A DNA stretch of 64,000 bases from Erythrobacter cryptus (GTDB taxonomy: Bacteria > Pseudomonadota > Alphaproteobacteria > Sphingomonadales > Sphingomonadaceae), in NCBI GenBank assembly GCA_046297575.1, contig JBKBHR010000015.1, forward strand, positions 2,664-66,663, written 5' to 3'. The notes beneath the pieces are model-generated. The model worked only from the letters and a program-made list of their open reading frames with translations. It did not search any database and was not told the DNA's origin. Both the position numbers and the translations under genes were made by a program. Positions 54,816 to 64,000 of the stretch are shown here, in pieces. The first letter of the stretch is position 1. Every line of letters begins with the position of its first letter.

Positions 54816-56185
54816 CCCTTCTTCTCCGCCGCCTTTTTCTTCTTCATGGTGTCATGGAAGCGATCGGCCCAGCCGGGCTTGACCAGCTGCTCGGCACGCA
54901 CCATGCGCAGCTCGCCCGGCGCCACGTCGCGGCTCACCGTGCTGCCCGCCGCCACGATCGCATCGGCCCCGATCGTCACCGGCGCCACCAGCGCCGAATT
55001 GGAGCCGATGAAGGCGCGCTCGCCGATCACCGTGCGATATTTGAAATAGCCATCGTAATTGCAGGTGATCGTGCCCGCGCCGATATTGGCCTTGGCCCCG
55101 ATCGTGGCATCGCCGAGATAGGTGAGGTGGCTGGCCTTGGCCCCGGGGTGGAGCACGGCGTTCTTGACCTCGACGAAATTGCCGATGAAGCTGCCTTCCT
55201 CGAGCACCGTGCCGGGGCGCAGCCGGGCAAAGGGGCCGACCTTGACCCCGCGTTCAAGCCGCGCGCCCTCGATATGGCAATGGGCGCGGATCAACACCCC
55301 ATCTCCCACCACCACGCCGGGGCCGAAGAACACGTTGGGCTCGATCGTGACATCGCGCCCCAGCACCGTGTCATGGGCGAAGAACACCGTCTCGGGCGCG
55401 ATCAGGGTGGCGCCCTCGTCCATCGCCCGCCGGCGCCGCGCCGCCTGCCAGCGGCCTTCCGCCGCGGCGAGTTCTGCGCGCGAATTGATCCCCGCCACCT
55501 CGTCCGCGCTCGCGGCGATGATCACCGCGCAGGGCCGGCCATCGGCAATCGCGATGTTGACGATATCGGGCAGGTAATATTCGCCCTGGGCATTGGCATT
55601 GCCGACCCGCCCGAGAAGCGCAAACAGATCGCCCGCGCGCGCCGCCAGCAGGCCCGAATTGCACAGGCGGCAGGCGCGCTCGCCCGCGTCGGCATCCTTG
55701 TATTCGACCATGCGCACGATGCGCCCGTCATCATCGGCGATGATGCGGCCATAGTGGCCCGGATCTTCCGGCTCGAAGCCCAGCACCACCGCAGCGGGCG
55801 CATCGGGCCCATGCAGGCGCTCGAGCATGGCGCGCATGGTGTCCGGCCGGACGAAGGGCACATCGCCATAAAGCACCAGCACATCGCCGGCAAAATCGGC
55901 AAGCGCGCCCTCGGCCTGCTGCACCGCGTGGCCGGTGCCAAGCTGGGGCTCCTGCACACAGATCGCCGCGCGCGTCCCCACCGCCGCCTCGATCTGTTCG
56001 CGCCCGGCGCCCACCACCACGGCCAGGCGCTCGGGGCCAAGCGCAGCGACGCTCTCGAGCAGGTGCGCGAGCATCGGCCGCCCGGCGATCGGGTGGAGCA
56101 CCTTGTGGAGCGCGCTGTTCATGCGGGTGCCCTTGCCCGCGGCAAGGATGATCGCGGCGAAAGGATGGGTGGCTGTGGTGGTCAT
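54812..56185 (-). CDS. glmU: Bifunctional UDP-GlcNAc pyrophosphorylase / glucosamine-1-P acetyltransferase
   Basis: ILAAGKGTRM, QLGTGHAV, GEYYLPD, hexapeptide repeats, GTITCNYDG. Start at ATG 56185. Confidence 0.96.
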   Translation of the reverse strand: MTTTATHPFAAIILAAGKGTRMNSALHKVLHPIAGRPMLAHLLESVAALGPERLAVVVGAGREQIEAAVGTRAAICVQEPQLGTGHAVQQAEGALADFAGDVLVLYGDVPFVRPDTMRAMLERLHGPDAPAAVVLGFEPEDPGHYGRIIADDDGRIVRMVEYKDADAGERACRLCNSGLLAARAGDLFALLGRVGNANAQGEYYLPDIVNIAIADGRPCAVIIAASADEVAGINSRAELAAAEGRWQAARRRRAMDEGATLIAPETVFFAHDTVLGRDVTIEPNVFFGPGVVVGDGVLIRAHCHIEGARLERGVKVGPFARLRPGTVLEEGSFIGNFVEVKNAVLHPGAKASHLTYLGDATIGAKANIGAGTITCNYDGYFKYRTVIGERAFIGSNSALVAPVTIGADAIVAAGSTVSRDVAPGELRMVRAEQLVKPGWADRFHDTMKKKKAAEKKG

Positions 56186-56263
56186 GCGGCTCTCTCTAGG
56201 CAAAGCCGCGCCTGCCAGCAAATGCTTGCGGTTTTGTGATCGCTGCGCCACGGCCTCGGGGCC

Positions 56264-56959
56264 ATGAACGCCATCCCCTTCGATGCCATCGGCTTTGACC
56301 TTGACGGCACCCTCATCGACAGCTTCCGCGATCTCGGCGCGGCGGTGAACCATGCCCTGCGGCTTGGCGGCTTTGCCGAGGTGTCGGTGGAAAGCAGCAA
56401 GGACCTCATCGGCGGCGGGGCCAAGATCATGCTCGCCCGCGCGGTGGAGGCGCAAGGCGGCCTGCCCGAGGCCGAGTTCCGGGCGCTCTACAAGGCGATG
56501 CTCGCCTATTACGAGGATCATTGCGCGGTCCACACCGCGCCCTATCCGGGGGTGCGCGAGACCCTCGCAGAGCTGGCCGCGCGCGGCGTCCGCCTCGGGG
56601 TGGTCACCAACAAGTTTGCAGGCTTTGCCCGGCGCATCCTCACCGCGCTTGACCTTGCCGGCTTCTTCCAGACCGTGATCGGGGGCGACAGCCTCGGCCG
56701 AGGGCCAGACGGGCAGTTCCTCGCCAAGCCCCACCCCGCCCCGATCCATGCCGCCTGCGCGGGGCTGGGGGGCGGTCGCTTCGTCTTCGTGGGCGATTCG
56801 AGCTATGACGTGCGCGCCGCAAAGGCCGCGAGCGTGGCGGTGGTGGCGGTGAGCTATGGCTATGGCGATGGGCCGCCGCAGGAGCTGGGCGCCGATGCGG
56901 TGATCGATTCGTTTCCGGCGCTCATCCCCGCGCTCGAAGGGCTCTCCCGGCGCCCCTGA
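56264..56959 (+). CDS. gph: HAD-family hydrolase (phosphoglycolate phosphatase-like)
   Basis: FDLDGTLIDS, VTNK, AKPHP, VGDS..D. Confidence 0.85.
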   Translation: MNAIPFDAIGFDLDGTLIDSFRDLGAAVNHALRLGGFAEVSVESSKDLIGGGAKIMLARAVEAQGGLPEAEFRALYKAMLAYYEDHCAVHTAPYPGVRETLAELAARGVRLGVVTNKFAGFARRILTALDLAGFFQTVIGGDSLGRGPDGQFLAKPHPAPIHAACAGLGGGRFVFVGDSSYDVRAAKAASVAVVAVSYGYGDGPPQELGADAVIDSFPALIPALEGLSRRP

Positions 56960-57088
56960 CCCTACGGCATCGGCCCTGTGTCAGTATGGCGGTTGCAAGC
57001 GGCTCATGAAAGTGCCACGCAGCGCCGCGCAACAGCATTGACGCGCGCGTAAAGCGCGCGCCGCATAGCCACAGACAGGAGAACAGCC

Positions 57089-58018
57089 ATGACCATCAGC
57101 TTCAAGGACAAGGTCGCGATCGTCACCGGTGCGGGCGGGGGGCTGGGCAAGGCCTATGCGCTCGAACTCGCGCGCCGCGGCGCCAAGGTCGTTGTCAACG
57201 ATCTGGGCGGCGCGCGCGATGGCACCGGCACCTCCGATGCCGCCGCGCAGGTCGTCGCCGAGATCGAGGCGATGGGCGGTGAGGCCATGGCCAATGGCGC
57301 ATCGGTCACCGAGTTCGAGCAGATGGAAAAGATGGTCGCCGATGCCAAGCAGAGGTGGGGCGGCGTCCACATCCTCATCAACAATGCCGGGGTGCTGCGC
57401 GACAAGACCTTCGCCAAGATGGACCCTGCAGATTTCGAATTCGTGCTCAAGGTGCATCTCACCGGCTCGGCCTTTGCCACCAAGGCCTGCTGGGAAACCT
57501 TCCGCGAGCAGGGCTATGGCCGGGTGCTGATGACCGCTTCCTCGACCGGGCTGTTCGGCAATTTCGGCCAGGCCAATTACGGCGCGGCCAAGCTCGGGCT
57601 TGCGGGCCTGACCAAGACCCTCGCGCTCGAAGGGGCGAAATACAACGTGCGGGTGAACACCCTCTCGCCGGTGGCGGGCACGCGCATGACCGAGGATCTC
57701 TTCCCCGAGGAAGCCTTCAAGCTCTTCGCGCCCGAAAACGTGGTGCCCGCCGCGCTGTTCCTCGTCTCCGAGGATGCGCCCACCAACGCCATCGTCGGCG
57801 CCGGGGCGGGCGGCTTCCACTCGGCCTGGACGGTGATGAACGAGGCGGTGTGGCTGCCCGAAGAGGAACGCACGGTCGAAGGCTTCGCCGCGCATTGGGA
57901 CAAGATCAGCGCCTTTACCAACCTCATCGCCCCGCAATCGGGCTCCGAGCAATCGGCCAATATCCTGAAGGCGATGCAGAAGGTGACCGGCACCGGCCCC
58001 TCGAGCGCGCGGGGCTGA
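57089..58018 (+). CDS. SDR-family oxidoreductase (3-hydroxyacyl-CoA dehydrogenase / MFE-2-like)
   Basis: [35 protein letters not shown]. Confidence 0.92.
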   Translation: MTISFKDKVAIVTGAGGGLGKAYALELARRGAKVVVNDLGGARDGTGTSDAAAQVVAEIEAMGGEAMANGASVTEFEQMEKMVADAKQRWGGVHILINNAGVLRDKTFAKMDPADFEFVLKVHLTGSAFATKACWETFREQGYGRVLMTASSTGLFGNFGQANYGAAKLGLAGLTKTLALEGAKYNVRVNTLSPVAGTRMTEDLFPEEAFKLFAPENVVPAALFLVSEDAPTNAIVGAGAGGFHSAWTVMNEAVWLPEEERTVEGFAAHWDKISAFTNLIAPQSGSEQSANILKAMQKVTGTGPSSARG

Positions 58019-58048
58019 GCAAACCCACTCCAGGCCCTTGCAAAAGAC

Positions 58049-58079
58049 AAACCCCGCGTCACACTGGCGCGGGGTTTTT
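58049..58079 (+). terminator. Intrinsic (possibly bidirectional) terminator
   Basis: AAACCCCGCGTC-acact-GGCGCGGGGTTTTT. Confidence 0.8.
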
Positions 58080-58094
58080 CATGGGGGTGCGCGC

Positions 58095-58967
58095 GTGTCC
58101 GCTGACTTGCCCAAGTATCACGAATTCATGCTGCCGACCCTGCGGGCGCTTGACAAGCTCGGCGGATCGGGATCGGTTGACGAGATCGAGGATGCGATCA
58201 TCGCCGAAACTGGCCTTACCGACGCGCAACTTCAGCTAACCTATCCGACCAGCGGCGCCGCCATCGCTTCGGATCGCATGTCATGGGCGCGCAGCTACCT
58301 CAAGCACGGCGGCTTCATCGAGAGCGCCGGGCGCGGCATCTGGCTGCTGACCGATCTGGGCCGCGAAGCACTCGGTTGGCCGCAGATGCAAATCCGCGAA
58401 AGCTGCAATGCCGAACTCAAGGCCAAGCAGGCGCTCAAGGCCACAACCCAGGCAGAGGCCGAACCTGGCGTCGATGGTGATGCCCAAGAGGCCGAAGGCG
58501 CCAAGGATTGGAATGATATTCTGCTCGCGCAGCTCAAGGCCATGGAGCCGGCTGCCTTTGAGCGTCTGGCGCAGCGCATCCTGCGCGAAAGCGGCTTCGT
58601 CAAGGTCGAGGTTACCGGCAAATCGGGCGACGGCGGGATCGACGGCACCGGCGTCCTCAGGATGAACCTCATATCCTTCCAGGTGCTGTTCCAGTGCAAG
58701 CGCTATGCCGGTTCGGTGGGCGCCGGCGTGGTGCGCGATTTTCGCGGCGCGATGCAGGGCCGGGCCGACAAGGGCCTGATCATCACCACCGGCACCTTCA
58801 CCCCCGATGCGCGCAAGGAGGCCACGCGCGACGGCGCGCCTGCGATTGATCTTATCGATGGCGATGCCCTGTGCGAGCTGCTCAAGTCCTTGCGGCTGGG
58901 GGTGGCGGTGAAGGAAGTCCGCAGCGAGGAAATCACCATCGATCCGGCGTTCTTCGAGAAGATCTGA
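58095..58967 (+). CDS. mrr: Mrr-family (type IV) restriction endonuclease
   Basis: Mrr_N winged helix (PKYHEFMLPTLRAL...WARSYLK..G.I....RG.W.LT) and Mrr_cat (FERL...L..SGF...TGKSGDGGIDG...QCKRY...IDG). GTG start inferred. Confidence 0.9.
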   Translation: MSADLPKYHEFMLPTLRALDKLGGSGSVDEIEDAIIAETGLTDAQLQLTYPTSGAAIASDRMSWARSYLKHGGFIESAGRGIWLLTDLGREALGWPQMQIRESCNAELKAKQALKATTQAEAEPGVDGDAQEAEGAKDWNDILLAQLKAMEPAAFERLAQRILRESGFVKVEVTGKSGDGGIDGTGVLRMNLISFQVLFQCKRYAGSVGAGVVRDFRGAMQGRADKGLIITTGTFTPDARKEATRDGAPAIDLIDGDALCELLKSLRLGVAVKEVRSEEITIDPAFFEKI

Positions 58968-58968
58968 G

Positions 58969-59337
58969 CTACTCCTCCACCACCTTCAGCAGCCGCCGCT
59001 CCACCGGCGCGAGCACGTTCGCGAGGTCATGCCCGCGCTTCAGGACCTGGCCGTGCTCGCCATAGAGCGTCCACATGCCCTGCTTGGCCCTGAGCGCGGG
59101 GCGCTTTTCGAGGCGCGCCTGGGGCCTTTCCGCGCTGCGGCGGAAGGCGGCGAAGGTGGCGGCGTGGCGGGTGAAATCCATCGCGTAGTCGCGCCACTCG
59201 CCGGCGGCGACCATGCGGCCATAAAGATCGAGGATCCGCATCAGCTCGGCCCGTTCAAACCCGACCTGATCGGCGCCCCGGCGGGGAAAGGTCACCACCT
59301 GGCAGGTGGCATCGGGGCCGTGGGCAGCGCGCGTCAA
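58969..59337 (-). CDS. DUF2794-family protein
   Basis: FERAELMRILDLYGRMVAAGEWRDYA...VLKRGHDL. TTG start overlapping the cysE stop is inferred. Confidence 0.8.
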   Translation of the reverse strand: MTRAAHGPDATCQVVTFPRRGADQVGFERAELMRILDLYGRMVAAGEWRDYAMDFTRHAATFAAFRRSAERPQARLEKRPALRAKQGMWTLYGEHGQVLKRGHDLANVLAPVERRLLKVVEE

Positions 59338-60065
59338 TCCTCGGTCCCGCTCTTGCGGCGCCGGGCCACGCCCACCGGCGCTTCGCGCTCGGCCATAGCC
59401 GCGCGCAGCGCCGCCAGTTCCTCGCGCAGCGCGGCGACCTCGGCCTCGAGCTTCTCGACGCAATCGCGCCGCGGCCGGCCCTGTTCATCGCAGGGCGGAT
59501 CGTCGCAGGGCGTGCCATAGGGAATGAACTCCCTGAGCCACTCCTCGGCCGGCACCAGGGTGGAGCGGGCCTTGATCCCGATCATCGTCGCGCCCGCGGG
59601 CACATCATCGGTCACCACTGCATTGGCCCCCACCCGGGCGCGCTCCCCCACCACGATCGGGCCGATGATCTGCGCGCCCGAACCGATGATGACATTGTCG
59701 CGGATGGTGGGATGGCGCTTGCCGCCCTTGCCATTGGCAGGGTTGGTGCCGCCCAGCGTGACGCATTGGTAGATCGTCACATTATCACCGATCTCCGCCG
59801 TCTCCCCGATCACGGTAAAGCCATGGTCGATGAAGAAGTTCTTCCCGATGGTCGCGCCGGGGTGGATGTCGATCGCGGTCAAGAGGCGCGAAATGTGGTT
59901 GACCAGCCGCGCAAGGAAATAGAGCCGCGCCTCGAACAGCCAATGGGCGATGCGGTGAAACCCGAGCGCCCAGACGCCCGGATAGAGCAGGATTTCCCAG
60001 CGCGAGCGCGGCGCCGGATCGCGGGCGCGCACCGAGTCCAGATAATTGATCAGCCGCTCGAACAT
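59334..60065 (-). CDS. cysE: Serine O-acetyltransferase
   Basis: ARDPA, IDIHPGA, FIDHG, GVTLGG, KRHPT. Start at ATG 60065. Confidence 0.93.
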   Translation of the reverse strand: MFERLINYLDSVRARDPAPRSRWEILLYPGVWALGFHRIAHWLFEARLYFLARLVNHISRLLTAIDIHPGATIGKNFFIDHGFTVIGETAEIGDNVTIYQCVTLGGTNPANGKGGKRHPTIRDNVIIGSGAQIIGPIVVGERARVGANAVVTDDVPAGATMIGIKARSTLVPAEEWLREFIPYGTPCDDPPCDEQGRPRRDCVEKLEAEVAALREELAALRAAMAEREAPVGVARRRKSGTED

Positions 60066-60114
60066 CGCCCTCTCATTCCCATCAAAACGCGCCCGATGCA
60101 ATCGCGGTCGCGCG

Positions 60115-60774
60115 TCAAAGCAGGCGCTGCTGTTCGGGGCCGTGCAGGGCTTCGAGCGCGGCGCGCCAGACAGACATGGTGGCGGGGCTCTGGCGTTCAA
60201 GGGAGATGCGATCGATCGCCGCGACCAGCGCCTCGATCGCGGCAAAGCTGCGGGTGGTGCGCGGCACCAGATATTCCGCCGCGCCCTCGGGCAGGGAAAG
60301 CCCGCGCGCCTCGGCATGGGCGCGGATGAGATCGGCGGCCATGGCATCATCGAGCGGGCCGATGGCAAGCTGGAGCGAGCCGCCGAGCCGCGAGGCGAGA
60401 TCGGGCAAGGCGATGCGCCAGCCCCCCTGATCGGGATCGGCATTGGCGATCACCAGCAGCGATGCGCCCGCGCGGCTGCCGCCCTGCTGCACCGCGTTCC
60501 AGCGGTGGAACAGCGCCGCCTCCTCGATCCTTTCGGCATCGTCGATCACCTCGAGCCGCTCGGGCCCGTGCCGCGCCAGCGCCCAGCGCCCGAGCAGGCT
60601 CTTGCCCGAGCGCGGCGGGCCGGTGAGCACCGCGACACGGAAGGGCCAGCTCTCGGGCTTCTCGAGCGCGGCCACCACGGCCGCATTGGCCGCACCCGTC
60701 ACGATCCGCTGCACCCCTGCCGGGGCGCGGGGGGCAAGCGGCAGGGCGATCTGGCTGGGGCCATGATCGGGCAT
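60115..60774 (-). CDS. hda: DnaA regulatory inactivator Hda-like protein
   Basis: N-terminal clamp-binding-like SQIALPL, GPPRSGKS, DLASRL; conserved position near purM. Start at ATG 60774. Confidence 0.8.
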   Translation of the reverse strand: MPDHGPSQIALPLAPRAPAGVQRIVTGAANAAVVAALEKPESWPFRVAVLTGPPRSGKSLLGRWALARHGPERLEVIDDAERIEEAALFHRWNAVQQGGSRAGASLLVIANADPDQGGWRIALPDLASRLGGSLQLAIGPLDDAMAADLIRAHAEARGLSLPEGAAEYLVPRTTRSFAAIEALVAAIDRISLERQSPATMSVWRAALEALHGPEQQRLL

Positions 60775-60790
60775 TACCGGCCTTGATCCC

Positions 60791-62086
60791 CTAGCGGCTG
60801 ATGGCGAGCGCGTTGGCCCCACGCCGCACCGCAAAGCCGCGCGCCTCGAGCGCTGCGGCAAGCTCCTCGAGCGTGCCGGCAAAGGCGACGCTCATCACCG
60901 AGGTGCCGCCGATCGCGGTGCTGGTGACGCTGGCGGAGCGCACCCCGGCCGCGGCGCGCACCCCGCCGAGCGCCGCATCGAAGGCGGCGGCATCGGGGGT
61001 GGCAAACTGCACGGTGAAGCTGCGCACCGCCACCTCGCCCGGCTCGATCCCGGTGACCGGCTGGGCCTCGATCCGCGGCGCTGCCGCTGCCGCTGCCGCC
61101 GCCGCGGCCTCGGCCGCGCGGCGCGCCTCGGCAGCACGGCCAATCTCGATCAACCGCTGGATCGCCGGGTCGATCTCGCCCATCATGCCGAGCCGCAGGC
61201 TAGGATCGGGCGTGAGCTTGCCCGCGGCGAGCGCGGCGGTGAAGATCGCATCCATGCGCTCGACCGCCTGGGCGAGCATCGCCGGCAATTGCTCCGGGCT
61301 CTCGGCGGTGAGGGTGAAGCTTTCGAGCAGGCGATCATCCGGGCCATAGCGCGCGGTGAAGGTGCCGCGCACCGGCCCGCCGGGGAACTGGTGATCGAGC
61401 CGAGCGAAGGCCATCAGCACATCGGTGGCGCCATATTGATCGAGCATGGTGCGCCACCAGGCGCGGCTGCGGCGCGTGGTCTGGCCGAAATTGACCAGCA
61501 GCGAATCGCCCCCCGCCCCCGAGAGGCGGACATAGTCGATCCGGCTGGTGCCGGGGTTGAACTCGGCCCAGGCGCGCTGCCAGGGATTGCGCTGCTCAAA
61601 GGTGATATAGGCGCCCGCGCTTTCCATCACCGGGATGAGCAGCAGCGGGGCTGAGCGCGAGGCCTGAGCCGGCCCGCCGAGATAGGCCGAGGCGCGCTGG
61701 CGATCGAAGATCACCCCGAGCGTGGCGATATAGCGCCGCGGCCCCAATTGTTCGCGCTCGATCACGATCGCCGAGACCAGCCCGTCAAGCTGGCTGTCCG
61801 ACAGCTTGGGCCCGCCGAGCTTGGCCCAGGCCTGGCGCTGGGCCTCGCGCCAGCCGTTGCTGCGCGCCTCCTCGGCGCTCTTGCCATGGACATCGACGCG
61901 CAGCCCCTTGACCTCGATATCCGCGCTCGCCGCGGTGGGGGCTATGCCGCGCTCGCCCGCAACCTGGGCGTAGAGGCCATAGGCGCCGCCCACAAGGCCC
62001 AGCGCCAGGGCCGCGGCGCCAGCGGCGCGTCGCAGCGCTGGTGGCAGGGCCATGCGGGGAACGGGGGGAGACAGCGGCGCGCTCAT
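60791..62086 (-). CDS. Exported DUF2066-like protein with C-terminal HMA/ferredoxin-like domain
   Basis: N-terminal signal/[25 protein letters not shown]; divergent from purM. Confidence 0.65.
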   Translation of the reverse strand: MSAPLSPPVPRMALPPALRRAAGAAALALGLVGGAYGLYAQVAGERGIAPTAASADIEVKGLRVDVHGKSAEEARSNGWREAQRQAWAKLGGPKLSDSQLDGLVSAIVIEREQLGPRRYIATLGVIFDRQRASAYLGGPAQASRSAPLLLIPVMESAGAYITFEQRNPWQRAWAEFNPGTSRIDYVRLSGAGGDSLLVNFGQTTRRSRAWWRTMLDQYGATDVLMAFARLDHQFPGGPVRGTFTARYGPDDRLLESFTLTAESPEQLPAMLAQAVERMDAIFTAALAAGKLTPDPSLRLGMMGEIDPAIQRLIEIGRAAEARRAAEAAAAAAAAAAPRIEAQPVTGIEPGEVAVRSFTVQFATPDAAAFDAALGGVRAAAGVRSASVTSTAIGGTSVMSVAFAGTLEELAAALEARGFAVRRGANALAISR

Positions 62087-62155
62087 GGGGAAAATCGCCC
62101 CCCCTTTGCCCAATGGCGAGTGGAATTCCAAGCGCGAACCGCTAAAGCACCGGGC

Positions 62156-63277
62156 ATGACTGCGGGGACAGACGCCACCGACCGGCCCGAGGATGGCCGC
62201 TACACCTATGCCAGGGCCGGGGTTTCGATCGCGGCGGGCAATGCGCTGGTCAAGGCGATCGCCCCGCTCGCCCGCGCCACCGCGCGCCCCGGGGCCACGA
62301 GCGAGCTGGGCGGCTTTGGCGGCTTCTTCGATCCCCGCGCCGCCGGCTACAAGGATCCGCTGCTGGTTGCGGCCAATGACGGGGTGGGCACCAAGCTCAA
62401 GCTCGCCATCGAACATGACCGGCACGACACCGTGGGCATTGATCTTGTTGCCATGTGCGTCAACGATCTCATCGTCCAGGGCGCCGAGCCCTTGTTCTTC
62501 CTCGACTATTTCGCCACCGGAAAGCTCGACAACGCCGTTGCCGAAAGGGTCATCGCCGGGATTGCCGAGGGCTGCCGGATCGCCGGCTGCGCGCTCATCG
62601 GCGGCGAGACCGCGGAAATGCCGGGGATGTATGCGCCCGGCGATTATGATCTTGCCGGCTTTTGCGTCGGCGCGGTCGAGCGAGGCGAGGAGCTTACGGG
62701 CGACAAGGTGGCGCCGGGCGATGTGCTGCTCGGCCTTGCTTCCTCGGGCGTCCATTCCAACGGCTATTCGCTGGTGCGGCGCCTCGCGGCAGACAAGGGC
62801 TGGAAGCTCAATCGCCCCGCCCTGTTCGATCAGGAGCGCCTGCTGATCGATGCGCTCATCGCCCCCACCCGCATCTATGTGGCAAGCCTGCTGCCGCTGA
62901 TCCGCGCCGGGCTGATCCACGGCCTTGCCCATATCACCGGGGGCGGGCTGCTCGAGAATGTCCCGCGCATCCTGCCCGCGGGCGCCCATGCCCGGATCGA
63001 TGCCGATCTGTGGCCCCAGCCGCGGCTGATGGCCTTCCTCCAGGCGCAAGGGAACATCGAGCCGGAGGAGATGGCGCGCACCTTCAATTGCGGCATCGGC
63101 ATGGTGCTGGCCGTGAGCGAGGCGAAGGTGGACGAGGTCACCGCGCGGCTCGCAGCGGCGGGGGAGAGCGTGTGGCGCATCGGCGCGATCGAGGCGGGCG
63201 CAAAGGGCTGCACCGTGCGCGGATCGATCGAGACCTGGGCGGCCAGGAGCGATTGGAGCGCGACCCATCTTGGCTGA
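62156..63277 (+). CDS. purM: Phosphoribosylformylglycinamidine cyclo-ligase (AIR synthase)
   Basis: [48 protein letters not shown]. Confidence 0.97.
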   Translation: MTAGTDATDRPEDGRYTYARAGVSIAAGNALVKAIAPLARATARPGATSELGGFGGFFDPRAAGYKDPLLVAANDGVGTKLKLAIEHDRHDTVGIDLVAMCVNDLIVQGAEPLFFLDYFATGKLDNAVAERVIAGIAEGCRIAGCALIGGETAEMPGMYAPGDYDLAGFCVGAVERGEELTGDKVAPGDVLLGLASSGVHSNGYSLVRRLAADKGWKLNRPALFDQERLLIDALIAPTRIYVASLLPLIRAGLIHGLAHITGGGLLENVPRILPAGAHARIDADLWPQPRLMAFLQAQGNIEPEEMARTFNCGIGMVLAVSEAKVDEVTARLAAAGESVWRIGAIEAGAKGCTVRGSIETWAARSDWSATHLG

Positions 63278-64000
63278 AAGGGCGCGCATCGCCGTGTTCA
63301 TTTCCGGCGCGGGCACCAACATGGCCGCGCTCCTCTATGCCAGCCGGATGCCGGAATGCCCCTATGAGCTGGTGCTGGTGGCGAGCAACGATCCCGCCGC
63401 GCCGGGCCTTGCCTTGGCCGAGGCCGAGGGCATCGCCACCTTTGCCCTGCCCCACAGGGGCATGACGCGCGAGGCCCATGATGCGGCGATGGAGGCCGCC
63501 GCGCGAGAGGCGGGCGCCGAATATATCGCGCTGGCTGGCTATATGCGCATCCTTTCGGGCGGGTTCGTGTCGCGCTGGGCCGGGCGGATGCTCAACATCC
63601 ACCCCTCGCTCCTGCCCAGATACAAGGGGCTTGATACCCACGCACGCGCCATTGCCGCGGGAGAGAGCCACGGCGGGGCGAGCGTCCATCTGGTGACTGC
63701 CGAGCTCGATGCCGGCGAGGTGCTGGCGCAGATCGCCGTGCCGATTGTGTCGGGCGAGAGCGCACAGAGCCTTGCCGCGCGGGTCAAGCTGGCCGAACAT
63801 CAGCTCTATCCCCGCGCGCTCGCCGATTACGTCAGCCGCTGGCGCAACCCTGCCTGGCTGCTGGCGCAGGTGCGCAGCCTCGCGCTGGCCCTGCCCGAAA
63901 CCAGCGAGCAGGAAAGTTTCGGCGCTGCCGGTTTTCGCGTCGGCGCGGGCAAGGCGGGCAAGTATTTCGCCTATTTCGCCGATCGCCACCACGGCCACCG
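63270..64000 (+). CDS. purN: Phosphoribosylglycinamide formyltransferase with in-frame C-terminal MmcQ/YjbR-like domain (truncated at window edge)
   Basis: Manual translation from TTG 63270: [37 protein letters not shown]. There is no stop; the frame continues [47 protein letters not shown]. Confidence 0.92.
   Translation, partial: MAERARIAVFISGAGTNMAALLYASRMPECPYELVLVASNDPAAPGLALAEAEGIATFALPHRGMTREAHDAAMEAAAREAGAEYIALAGYMRILSGGFVSRWAGRMLNIHPSLLPRYKGLDTHARAIAAGESHGGASVHLVTAELDAGEVLAQIAVPIVSGESAQSLAARVKLAEHQLYPRALADYVSRWRNPAWLLAQVRSLALALPETSEQESFGAAGFRVGAGKAGKYFAYFADRHHGH

Overview
High-GC (by eye about 70%) alphaproteobacterial chromosome. The gene set and protein styles point to Sphingomonadales, probably an Erythrobacter/Porphyrobacter-like organism (inference). 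Most of the window is core genome: miaB-phoH-ybeY-corC, mgtE, nudC, mutY, DUF721-DsbA-DsbA-smc, rpmF-plsX-fabH-ihfA-MerR, cysS, cobT, transaldolase, priA, FeS-type photolyase, ada, the F1 operon atpHAGDC, glmU, cysE, hda and purM-purN. I found no rRNA, tRNA, CRISPR array, integrase or transposase. The main departures from the core are: (1) an orphan lambda-like cI/cro switch with palindromic operator half-sites and a low-GC membrane-protein cargo gene in the 'rexAB position' behind the repressor; (2) a second low-GC orphan gene with a hydrophobic hairpin, translationally coupled inside the cobT-nitroreductase operon; (3) a solitary Mrr nuclease placed directly behind a strong terminator; (4) a PurN fused in frame to an MmcQ/YjbR-like domain; (5) a perfect parS site just upstream of ada; (6) a 4 x 15-bp tandem repeat between atpH and atpA; (7) an SDR-SnoaL-Rieske catabolic cassette with no electron-transfer partners. 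Family assignments come from motif recognition only; no database searches were run. Many start codons were moved from the ORF track to the biologically plausible start.
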